Part shown: positions 1 to 10,472 of the stretch, piece by piece
Numbering within the stretch: position 1 is the stretch's first letter
How the letters are laid out: every line of letters starts with the position of its first letter
NCBI GenBank assembly: GCA_036785375.1
Contig: JAWMAR010000136.1
Location: forward strand, 1,550,001-1,614,000
Length of the DNA: 64,000 nt
Direction: 5' to 3'
Source of the DNA: Leucoraja ocellata
Taxonomy: Eukaryota
Notes under the pieces: model-generated
Seen by the model: the letters and a program-made list of their open reading frames with translations, nothing else
The model's database searches: none
Told to the model about the DNA's origin: nothing
Translations under genes and position numbers: made by a program

Positions 1-883
1 TAAAAGCTAACGATACATACAATTTAAAATATTAAAGATAAACAACTAAATAAATATCACAAACAAAGCACGCATACACACCCAACCCTCCATCCTTCTG
101 TCGATTCCACAGTTACCACAGTCCCTTAGTCTGTATCGCCCCTGCGTTCCTTGGCGGCTACATTTAGTGCAAGGTAATACATAATATTGTGAGATCAATG
201 AAGTTGGGGAGGTTCCTGCTGAAAATCTAGCAATCCCAATTTTAGTGCCTCTTTGTGACTGGATTTAAGTTGGTTGCAGTACTTTTTTAGGTCATTTAAT
301 TATGATTGCTAAACTCTTACTGTTTTAATCACACAAATCAGGTACAATCCAATTTCTAGTCATTCAACCTTTAGTGCAATCTCATAAGTTTAAAGGAAGT
401 TTATTGTTTCCAATGCTCTCCATGTCATGAACATTCAGAAACATTCAGAGTGCTCAACTTTGACAGCCAGTAAAGCCTCAGGACACGGCTTAGCCAGCTA
501 GTTCCTTTCAGCCATTTCGACAGTGCAGGCTTACTGATGCCCAATGCTCCATTCCCAGTGCTTTTGGAGCAGAGCAATATCTACCAGTAAGTCAACAAAT
601 GAAAGTGCGCTCATACATTACTCTACGTTAGTGGATAGAGTGAGTGGGTGATGCACTAGTGTTTCAACATTAACATCAAACACTTACCCAGTGTTGAATA
701 ATGGAACATTTGCAAAGGTTGACAAAACTATTAACGTTTAAAGTCAGCCTAATTTTCATATAGATTTTAGATTACAGTTTATATGTGAACTAACATAAGG
801 ATTCAGGATTCAATATATCTGAATGTTTAAAGTTTTGTATTTAAGCTGAGCATTTGTTTCATCTTTGATGTACTCTGATGTAG

Positions 884-952
884 GTCAAAATTTCTTAGTG
901 ACAATTGGATGGAAAAGAAAGGATTTCCATATCTGGAGAATAACCAAAAAAG
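884..952 (+). CDS. CBS: CBS-like gene, internal exon (end of catalytic core/linker): (M)SKFLSDNWMEKKGFPYLENNQK(S); upstream exons lie outside the window
   Basis: tgtag|G...AAAAG|gtatgg; 69 nt, phase 2->2; matches human CBS MTKFLSDRWMLQKGF. Confidence 0.9.
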
Positions 953-1140
953 GTATGGCTTCAAAGTTTTCTGAGATCTTAATTAATAACAGGATTCTGT
1001 GTAATGAATGTGATAGTTGTATGTCAGATGTCTGCTCTTGTGCGGGAAATCTACAACTAGTTTGGTTTAGTTTATTATTATCATGTGTACTGAGGTACAG
1101 AAGGATGCTTATTCTGAATTTATACTCTCTTGTTATGGAC

Positions 1141-1405
1141 TTTAGAAATACAGTGTGGAAACAGGCCCTTTGGCCCACCAAATCAATCCTTGTACACTAG
1201 GGACAATTTACAATTTTACTGAGACCATTAACCTACAAGCCTGCACGTCTTTGGAGTGTGGGAGGAAACCGGAGATCCCAGAGAAAACCCTATGCGGTCA
1301 CAGGGAGAACTTACAAAATTCATACAGACAGCACCCTTGGTCAGGATTGAACCCGGGTCTCTGACAGCGTTGGGTAGCAACTCTACCACTGCACCACTAT
1401 GCTGT
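1141..1405 (-). mobile_element. HE1-like tRNA-derived SINE
   Basis: tRNA-like head (ccgggttcaatcctgac on - strand), ctccggtttcctcccacactccaaagacgt core, tail gggcctgtttccacactgtatttctaaa; related copies elsewhere in the window. Confidence 0.75.
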
Positions 1406-1992
1406 CTTAATACAAAATATACAAAAGAGATGAGAAGGAATCTCAGATGGAGAAAGTTTGGATCTATCCTTGAGTGTGGAAATTCAATCTGTGACATTCA
1501 AGAACAAGTTAAGCAGAACATTGGCCTATAAGGGGATCAAGGGTTATAGAGAACCTCGAGGAAACTGGAGCTGAGGGCAAGATCATGTCAGTCATCAGAT
1601 TATTGAATGGTGCCATGGGCTGCAGGGAAGAACAATCTTTTTTTTTTGTTTGTATGCAATACTCCTTCGAATGTTACACCAACGCGTTAAAAGGTGCAGA
1701 AATTATTAAAATAATGAGTCTGGAAAGCAAGAGATGGCTATGGGATATATACCTTGGGTTTCTGGAAGTCAATTCTACTGGTGTGAAAATCCGAATGTTA
1801 AGAGTAATAATGGAGGCTAGACATTGGGAATAGGGTCATATTTGGTTCCTAGAAAGGCAATGAAGATTCGTATGACCACAATGAAAAACGTTACCATGCA
1901 CCATAGCAATCACTAAAATAGCAAGCTCAAGGTATCAGGAAGAACTTCATCTAATGTTTTGATTATTGATTCATTTATTTTATCCTTTGTAG

Positions 1993-2127
1993 TTGGTGGG
2001 ATACACCAATAAATCAGCTTAAGCTTCCCACAGTTCAGACTGTCGCCTCCACTGTTTCCTGCGAGGATGTTATCCAGACGCTTAAACTGAAGAGCGCGGC
2101 CAATGCAGTAGTCGTTGACTCCTGTGG
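1993..2127 (+). CDS. CBS: CBS-like gene exon, CBS1 motif: WWDTPINQLKLPTVQTVASTVSCEDVIQTLKLKSAANAVVVDSCG
   Basis: tttgtag|T...TGTGG|gtacgt; 135 nt, phase 2->2; gapless alignment to human [46 protein letters not shown] (about 16/46 identical). Confidence 0.88.
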
Positions 2128-3703
2128 GTACGTATGTTTGGTTTCAAATGTTGATTTGGTGAAAGCAGCATCTCTAAAACATTGAACATTAATATTTTGG
2201 CTTCTGGCCACATAATATGGTTGTTTATTAGACGTACGTATGTACCATCACCTTCATGTCTAAAACAAAGCATTTGTTTTTCCTATTACCTTTCATTGGT
2301 CCAAGCTGTTTAAAACTGGAGACCTGATAAAATTGTTCATCTTCTTTGTAGCATGTGGGCAACAATATATTTTTCAGCAAAAATCACACAGTTGGAGGAA
2401 CACAATGGGCCAGGAAAGATCTATGGAGGGAAAACCTCAAGGAAAATATGTGATCATTATTTAGAGGTCAGAAGTGGAACAGGAGAACCAGCATAAATTT
2501 GGTTGAAACACATTTCATTTGACAACACTGACTGGATTTCTTCTTAAGCTCTTCTTCCTGCGAATGAAACATAAGCCAAAGGAATAGTTAGATCTCAAGC
2601 CGGGTGTTGAGCAGCCAGGCTGTTGTTCTTAAGCTAATAGATAGGGTTGATGAGGGTAATGGAGTTTTCTTAAGGTGTTTAATAATATCCAAGATATAAT
2701 ATCAGTCAACAATATAGAAACCTGTAAAATAAAATGGGCTGCGAAGGAAGACAGGCTAAGAACTTATTGGAAGAAGTAAAAGACCTGTGCAATCGAAATG
2801 AAAAAAAATGAGTTGCTGGAAATGTCAGGCAGCATCAGCAAAAAGAGATGTAGTTCTAATGAAGGATCGTGGAGATGAAATGTAAACCGTTTCTCTTTCC
2901 ATAGATGCTGCCTGACGTGTTCAGTGTTTCCAACATTTTCTGTTTATATTTCTGATATCCATCATCGCCCGTTTTTACATTTCAGACCTATTAAAATGTT
3001 ACTTTTTAGATTGGAGAGATGGTGACAGTATTATTTCCCCATATGTATTTTATAAGGCATAGGAGGGCAACGTACAATTCCCAGATTTTCTCGTTGTACA
3101 AGTGTAGAAAACATGGCACAGAGTGAGAATGATGGCAGTGGACAAAAAGGCTGGTGAAAGGACAACCATGAAGCATTTGGGTCTGAAGAAGTGTCTCGAC
3201 CCGAAATGTCACCAATTCCTTTTCTCCAGAGATGCTGTCTGACCCGCTGAGTTACTCCAGCACTTTGTGTCTATCTTGAGCATATGAACCTTTGGGCTCC
3301 ATAAATAAAACCAACCATTCCCAAACACAGAGCTTATGTGCTTCACAAAACTGACTGTGTTGCAACTGGGGTGTAAGGCATGGAGTGGGAGCAAGTAAAA
3401 AACTAGAATGGTTCTATGATTTAATTCCTCCATCCAGTCATGTACAAATGATTCTATGACACATGCCCAGTGGGTGACAGTGCAAGAAGTTTCAATGGAC
3501 TTCATTTGATGACTTGATGTTTTGGCAGCTTTAAGCTTCTACTTCCACCCACAAAGCGCGTTAGACACAATTTGAAACCTCCTTTACCCCTTTAAATAAA
3601 TCTGAAGTGCCAATGGATAATTGCTGGAGCACAAGCTGGTAAACTGACTACCATGATATTTTGATATGTAAGAGAATAAATATTCTATCTGATTTATATG
3701 CAG

Positions 3704-3812
3704 CATGATACAAGGTATAGTCACATTAGGGAACATGGAGTCTTTAATTCACGATGGGAAGCTGCAGCTCACTGACCCTGTTATGAAAACTATTTACAAC
3801 CGCTTCAGTAAG
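3704..3812 (+). CDS. CBS: CBS-like gene exon: MIQGIVTLGNMESLIHDGKLQLTDPVMKTIYNRFSK
   Basis: atgcag|C...AAG|gtaaga; 109 nt, phase 2->0; matches human [36 protein letters not shown]. Confidence 0.92.
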
Positions 3813-3850
3813 GTAAGACCATTTCCTCTTGTGCATTCTGTAAGCTTGAC

Positions 3851-4160
3851 TTTAGACTTTAGAGGTACAGCGCGGAAACAGGCCACTCGGCCCCCCGAGT
3901 CCGTGCCACCCAGCAATCACCCTATACACTAGCACTATCCTACACACTAGTGTGTAAAAATTTACAATTTTGCCGAAGCCAATTAACCTACAAACCTGTA
4001 CATCTTTGGAGTGTAGGAAGAAACCAGAACACCAGGAGAAAACCCAAGCGGTCACAACGAGAACATACGAATCCTGTATAGACAGCACCTGTAGTCAGGA
4101 TCAAACCGAGTCTCTGGGGCAGTAAGGCAGCATCTTTGCTGCTGTGCCACTATGCTGCCT
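3851..4160 (-). mobile_element. HE1-like SINE
   Basis: same head/core/tail organisation as 1141-1405. Confidence 0.75.
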
Positions 4161-4171
4161 CACAATGAACT

Positions 4172-4174
<3 letters not shown>

Positions 4175-4234
<60 letters not shown>
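4175..4234. repeat. (AT)30 microsatellite
   Basis: uninterrupted AT dinucleotide run. Confidence 0.97.
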
Positions 4235-4237
<3 letters not shown>

Positions 4238-4244
4238 AAGTAAA

Positions 4245-4338
4245 AAAAATATTTGATGATTATTTTAAAAGGTCTATAGATTCTTAAATATATATATAAG
4301 AATCTATAGACCTTTTAAAATAATCATCAAATATTTTT
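4245..4338. repeat. 94-bp AT-rich palindrome (42-bp perfect arms)
   Basis: aaaaatatttgatgattattttaaaaggtctatagattctta ... taagaatctatagaccttttaaaataatcatcaaatattttt. Confidence 0.95.
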
Positions 4339-4975
4339 GAGTAATAATTTACCTATCATTGATAGCATTTAGGAAAGGAAATTAGGATGTAAAACCTAGT
4401 ATATTAAAAAACTCAAGGTAGAAGTAAATTAAATATCTTAATTGAATGGAAAGCAGGATTAAAAAGATTAATTGAGTGAAACTTTAGCATAAAATGTCTT
4501 CATTATTTTTGGCCTTATAGTGATTACAGTGGATTACAGATTTGCATTTTTGAAATAATTCTACACAAAGTCAAATTTACTTTAGAGGGCTAAGCGATTT
4601 CTTGAATGTCGTTTCACATTGTGTTGTGAATGCAACACCTTCCTGTTTCATACTTTAACACAACAGCATCAGTACCATGTTTGCATTGTTAAATCATTTC
4701 TGTTGTTATACCACCAGGTGGAGTTTATAAACAGGGGTTGGGAATTCAGTGACACTACATACAGTGAGATGCTTTGTTTTGCATTCAATCTAGTGGAAAT
4801 CATGTTGCAGACCTCACTTCGGCAGTACACAAATCTCGCCACGTTTTGGCTCTGACAAAGTTACACCAAAAATTCCATCCTTGGTCCTCATTTTAATTTT
4901 GATAATGTGGTCCAAACAAGATATGTTAAATGTCAATATACAGTCACTTTATCAACTTTTCTATTCCCTCAATAG

Positions 4976-5060
4976 GTGAGTTTAAATGACACCCTTGGAA
5001 AAATCACCCAGGCACTGGCACTGAATCACTTTGTGTTAATCATTCACAAACAAATTCACG
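4976..5060 (+). CDS. CBS: CBS-like gene exon, CBS2 motif: VSLNDTLGKITQALALNHFVLIIHKQIH
   Basis: ccctcaatag|GTG...CACG|gtaagt; 85 nt, phase 0->1; matches human [28 protein letters not shown]. Confidence 0.9.
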
Positions 5061-5494
5061 GTAAGTCAAGCTTGGTTTCATTGTTTTCTTTGCAAATTGA
5101 AGTGTAGGGGATATTACATAACTGAAGGCCTGAAGTTTACGGAATTCAGGCCATTTGTTTTTGGCATATCTGTGCCATCCAGGTGGCCATTTTTCATGAT
5201 GGTAATTGTCCATTGTTTAAAAATTCACCAACCTGCTGGGTTGTGATAATGGGTTGGAGCAAACACATTTGAAACGGCAGAGTGATTAATGGATGCATTG
5301 CTCACAATTCTGTTTCTCTCACTGCATTCCCACATATCTCCTGTCTCCATCCTTCCCTTTCTCTTTCACTTGTTCTTCCTACTGTCATTCATCCTTGTCC
5401 TCCTTAGAATCTTGCTGCCTCATCCTCGCTACCACTCTCTCTCTTATTATTTATTTTCCTCTCTGACAACTATCATTGTTGAGTAATCATGTTG

Positions 5495-5780
5495 TAGGAA
5501 CTGCAGATGCTGGCTTAAACCGAAGATATACACAGATCTGGAGTAACAGTGTGTCAGGCAGCATCTCTGCAGAGTAGGAATGGGTGATGCTTCAGGTAGA
5601 GACCCTTCTTCAAACTGGTGCATGTCTGGAGAAAGGGAATAGGTGGCGTTTCAGGTCGAGACCCTTCTTCATTCTGAGCCTTGACTTTCAGTCTGAGGAA
5701 GGGTCTCGACCGGAAACGTCACCTATTCCTTTTCTCCAAAGACGCTGTCTGACACGCTGAGTTACTCCAGCTTTTTGCAT
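5495..5780. mobile_element. Penelope-derived palindromic non-autonomous element with hammerhead-like motifs in both orientations
   Basis: inverted copies of ctgaagaagggtctcgacccgaaacgtcacc...gctgagttactccagc; the same unit forms the 3' end of the Penelope element at 17720-19170. Confidence 0.65.
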
Positions 5781-5877
5781 CTCTCATTGTTGAGTGATCT
5801 TGGGTTCATCGCTACCGACATCGTCACTAGTCTCCTGGAGCATGCTAACCTCTCCTCTTTTGTGGTTTTTGTTTTAG

Positions 5878-5963
5878 ATAAAGCCAGCGATGAATGTGGA
5901 AGGAGAGAAGAGGTGCACAGCGTTGTCACGTTTATGGATGTGATAACCCAAATCACAGCCTAA
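5878..5963 (+). CDS. CBS: CBS-like gene, terminal coding exon: DKASDECGRREEVHSVVTFMDVITQITA*
   Basis: strong pyrimidine tract ttttgttttag|AT; phase 1; matches human ...QRQMVFGVVTAIDLLNFVA; TAA at 5961-5963. Confidence 0.87.
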
Positions 5964-7014
5964 TCGGCGGAAGAAAAGCAAGGCACAGGCTAAAGACACA
6001 AAACAACAAAGCATTGTTAATATCGTTTGTTTGTAGTTGATGATATCTGGGTTGGGGTGGGTTGATGTGGGCAGGTCAGGGCAGGGCATTGTGTGACCAT
6101 ATGCCAAGACTATGGAGAGTGCCGCAAGAGCTAAACTCAGCGACCGTCCCTCCCCCCATCAATTAAAGTCACACAGACTCCCGTGCTTTCCTCTTCCCCT
6201 GATGCAAGTGAAGTTAGCTGCTTCAGAACCTGCAATTGTATTAATATGTACATAGCAGTACCTAAAATTGTGGTAACACATGTTCTCCTGAGACGTGACA
6301 AGCTCTACAAAATCCAGGAGATGCCCCCTACACTAACAATTCCATTCCTTAATTTTATCGACAAGGTCTGAGTTAATAGCTTTCTTGTTATTTCTCTTCT
6401 TATTTTCTATAGATATTATTGAAAAAAAGAATGAGGTTAACAGGTTGACTTGTTGGCTCACAGTGAGGATGTGCTGATGATTTTGAGGTTAGCAAGGTGA
6501 CCACCTTCACTAACCAACACCTTTAATGTGACACATCTGCCTGGTTTTGAGATAAGCATCAATTTCCATAGTGTGAATCTCTAATAGAAAGAATTTTCTT
6601 TCAATTTCACAAATGGCCAATAGTAGATTAATAAAAAACAAGTTAAATGTTTACAATGCAACATACTGCGTTGGATAGTCACAACTAATATATAACTTGC
6701 ATCTTGTATCATTCCATTTGATCATCAGTGAAGTTTCAATCATTGACTACAACAGTCCTAGCAATTATTCCTGGTTGCTGAAAGGTGACAGGTTAGAAAT
6801 ATTCTTGCAGGCAGACACAACTTCCATAGAATCTAGACAAAAGCTGTAGGTGCAAGATTCGTCCATAAAACTCAGTCAAGTTAGGAGCCAAATTTCTCAA
6901 GTGGCTGGGATCAAAATCTAAAACTTCAATGACACAACTGTACTTTCATTTCTCAAATATTCCTGGGAGATTGTCACGTGAAGTGTGGCACTTTGGTCTC
7001 AGTGTGCCTATCAC

Positions 7015-7880
7015 AAGACATAGGAGCAGAATTAGGCCATTCGTCCCATTGAGTCTGCTCTGCCATTCCATCATGGCTGATATATCTCTCCCTCTCAACC
7101 CCATTCTATTTCTCCCCTTAATCTTTGATGTTCTTATTCATCAACAACCCCTTGTTTGAAAATACCCAATGACTTGGCCTCCACAGCCATCAGTGCCAAT
7201 GAATTCCACAGATTCATCATCCTCGGACTAAATTAATTCCACCTCATCTCCTTCTTCTTCTTCTTGCGTATGGTGTGCACAGCCTAAAGTTGTAGGACAA
7301 CTTGTTGTATTTGATTGTGTGCGCCGGGTTGATTGCATTCGTCGATACAGGGCGGGCCACGTGATGGTTGCAATCTTCCACCCCCTCCTCATCTCCTTTC
7401 TAATGGTACATCCTTTTGTTCTAAGGCTGTGTTCTCTAGTCCTAGACTCTCCCATTACTGGAAACATCCTTTCCATGTCCACTTCATTATCTAGTAGGTT
7501 TCATTGAAATCCTCCTCTTTCTTCTAAACGCCAGTGAGTACAGGCCCAGAGCCATCAAACACTCTTCGTATATTAACTCAATCATCCCCAGGATCATTCA
7601 CATAAACCTCTTCTGGGCCCTCTTCAGCACCAGCCCATCCCTCCTCAGATATGGGATTCGAAATTGCTCACAAAATTGAAAATGTGTTCTGACCAGCACC
7701 TTACAAAGCCTCAGCATTACTTCCATTCTTTCATATTCCTGTCCTCTTTAAATGAATGCTAACATCATTTTTGTTTTCTTTACTACTGATTCAACTTGCA
7801 AATTAATCTTTTGGGGATCCTGCACCAGCACTCCCAAATCCCTTTGCACCTTCGATTTCTCAATCCCCCCCCCCTATTTA
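7015..7880 (-). mobile_element. degenerate CR1/HER1-type LINE 3' fragment with an internal insertion
   Basis: RMFPVMGESRTREHSLRTKG C-terminal motif; typical 3' UTR aatggcctaattctgctcctatgtc. Confidence 0.75.
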
Positions 7881-8859
7881 GAAAATAGCCTATGCCTTTA
7901 TTCCTTCTCCTAACATGAATGATTGTATACTTTGCTGTGCTGTATTCTAGTTGGAAATAAAGAAAACTTGAGAAACAACAATAATAATGGAAAGAACTTG
8001 CCAAGATGAAACAGGAGCCTGTAAAGCCACAGAAAGGATGGATATGACCAACAAGATCCACAACATGCTTTTGTTTACATTAAGTGCTCTGACAAACAAG
8101 GGAAGGAGTTTGGGTAGTGTTTGAGATGCCCACATGGGCTGCATTACAAGTCAAACAGAAGAAAACTCCCAAGTGTATGCTGAAGGGATCTGATGCACAT
8201 CACCACATATACCGTATTGGGCATAGCGACAATTCACCTCTCCTCTCGCTTTTCCACTGTTCACATCTTTGTATCCCTCTCATTAACGCATCTTCACCAG
8301 CCAACAATGGGCTATTATGGCCTCCACCCTTAGTGAGGTCATCTGTTGTCAGTCCTGATTTGTTCTGGCATTTTCTAGCCTCCAGTTTACCCCTTCCATT
8401 ATACAGTCTGAAGAAGGATCCTGACCAAAAACATCACCCATTCCTTTTCTCCAGAAATGCCCCCTAATCCACTGAGTTACTGCAGCTTTTCGTGTCTACC
8501 TTCAGTATAAACCAGCATCTGCAGTTCTTCCCTAAACAAAACATTTATCAAATTCTTGACACCATAGCTGGAGACTTGCTATTCCCTTGGTTTCCAAATG
8601 GCTACTTTTCAAACACTTTAGTCTGAGCCTCTCACTTGCTGTGTTGTGCTTAATATCTGAACTAGGGCAATGGGAGGAGGTTACTGTTGACTTGATCATG
8701 AACATAACATTGTAGGTTTCTGTGCTGTAAGCTCAGGGGTTGGGATTTGGTATCAATTGCGCATCTACCTGGCTATAAATTCATTATACATATTGAAAAA
8801 ATAAAAAAAAGGTGGATGGCAGAGCTGGTAGATCTGTTGCCCCACAGCACCAGAGACCC

Positions 8860-9270
8860 GGGCTATGCTTCATCTCACCAATGTATAGGAAGCCACATTG
8901 GGAACACCAAATGCAGTAAATAAAGTTGATCTCTGTCTCATCTAGAAGGAATGTTAGGGTCCCTGGATGGATGTGAGGGAGGAGGTAGTGACACAGATTC
9001 AACTCAGGCACATAGGAACATCTCCTGCAGTTGAATGGGAAAGTACCTGGGGAGGGGATGCTTTGAGTGGGAAGTGATTAGTGAGCCAAGGAGATGCAAG
9101 AAGGAGTGGTCTCTGTGGAAGGCAGGAGAGGGAATGGGAACATGTGACTAGTGGCTGGATCAGGTTGCAGGTAGTGTAAATGTCAGAGAATGATATGTTG
9201 GATGTGGAGACTGCTGGGGTGAAAGGGGACGACTAGGGGAAGTCTATACTTGGATTTGGGGGTAGGGGGA
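8860..9270 (-). mobile_element. Penelope-like GIY-YIG endonuclease relic
   Basis: IYCIWCSQCGFLYIGEMKH motif; homologous to 18400-18800. Confidence 0.7.
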
Positions 9271-10244
9271 GCAACAGCAGAACTAATAAGGACGAGTCGC
9301 AACCAGACCACTCCTTCTTCTCCCCTCTCCCGTCAAGCAAAAGGTATAGAAGTGTGAAAACACATGCCACCAGATTCAGGGACAGTTTCATCCCAGCTGT
9401 TATCAGGTCATCCTACCACAACCAGAGAGCAGTGCTGAACTATCTACCACTTTGATTACCTTCTGACTATCCTTGACTGGGCTTTGCTGTCTTTTCCTTG
9501 CCCTGGTGTTAAGGATAGCCTTAATGAGTTGTGCAAATTAATATCTGCATGGGTGCCTGTACGGACTGACATGAACCATGCAAGGGTGAGAAACATACAG
9601 GCAAATAATTGCAATCTCACAGTTCGGGGTGCACATTAGTTTCACATGTGATACTGGCTTCAAAATAAATGGTTTACTTATAGAAAATACCCACTTATTG
9701 AAGCCAAGTTTCCAAAATATGTGAAAAATCATGATGACACCTTTCACTAGGTGTCAGATTTATTTTCTTGACAACGCCAACTTCAGTTGATGTATGATTT
9801 CTCACTGTTTCTAAATAAGACTTAGACACCTGTCAATTTTTCAGAGACCAGCCTTGAATGGCATTAATTTTATGTAAGTTTTATAATGCATGATTGCATA
9901 TCCACTTCTGTGACCAGCCCACAAAGAGTCGACAGGCTTGGACGTTATCTTGGATCCTTTTCCTCAAGTCTTTCCTGCACCATTGACTGCAATTACAGAT
10001 TTAGTTACCTGGATTCAATCCTAATCTTGTGCGCAGTCTGTGCAGAGTTTGAGGATTTGCTGGAAACAAGTACAATAGCAACATTTGCAGGACAGTTGGA
10101 CAGATACTTGGATAGGACAGGATTAGAGAGATATGGGCCAAAAACAGGCAAATGGGATTAGCCTAAATAAGCAGGTTGGAGAGGACAGATAAATTGTTGA
10201 AAGGGCTGTTTCAATGCTGTATAATGCTATGCTTAGTAGTCTAT

Positions 10245-10472
10245 GATAGACACAAAGGCCTGGAGTAACTCAGTGGGTCAGGTAACATCTCTGGAGAAAA
10301 AGGATATGTGACGTTTCAGGTTGGGACCCTTCTTCAGATGCTGAAGTCTGAAGACGGAGTCTGAAGAATGGGCCTAACCCGAAACATCACCTATCCTTTT
10401 TCTCCAAAGATGCTGCCTGTCCTGCTGAGTTGCTCCAGCATCTTTGTAATAAACCAACAGCTGCAGCTACAT
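10245..10472. mobile_element. Penelope-derived palindromic element; intact hammerhead core on - strand at about 10310-10337
   Basis: - strand CTGAAGA-A-GGGT-CCCA-ACCT-GAAAC-GTC; inverted arms ctggagtaactcag / ctgagttgctccag. Confidence 0.65.
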
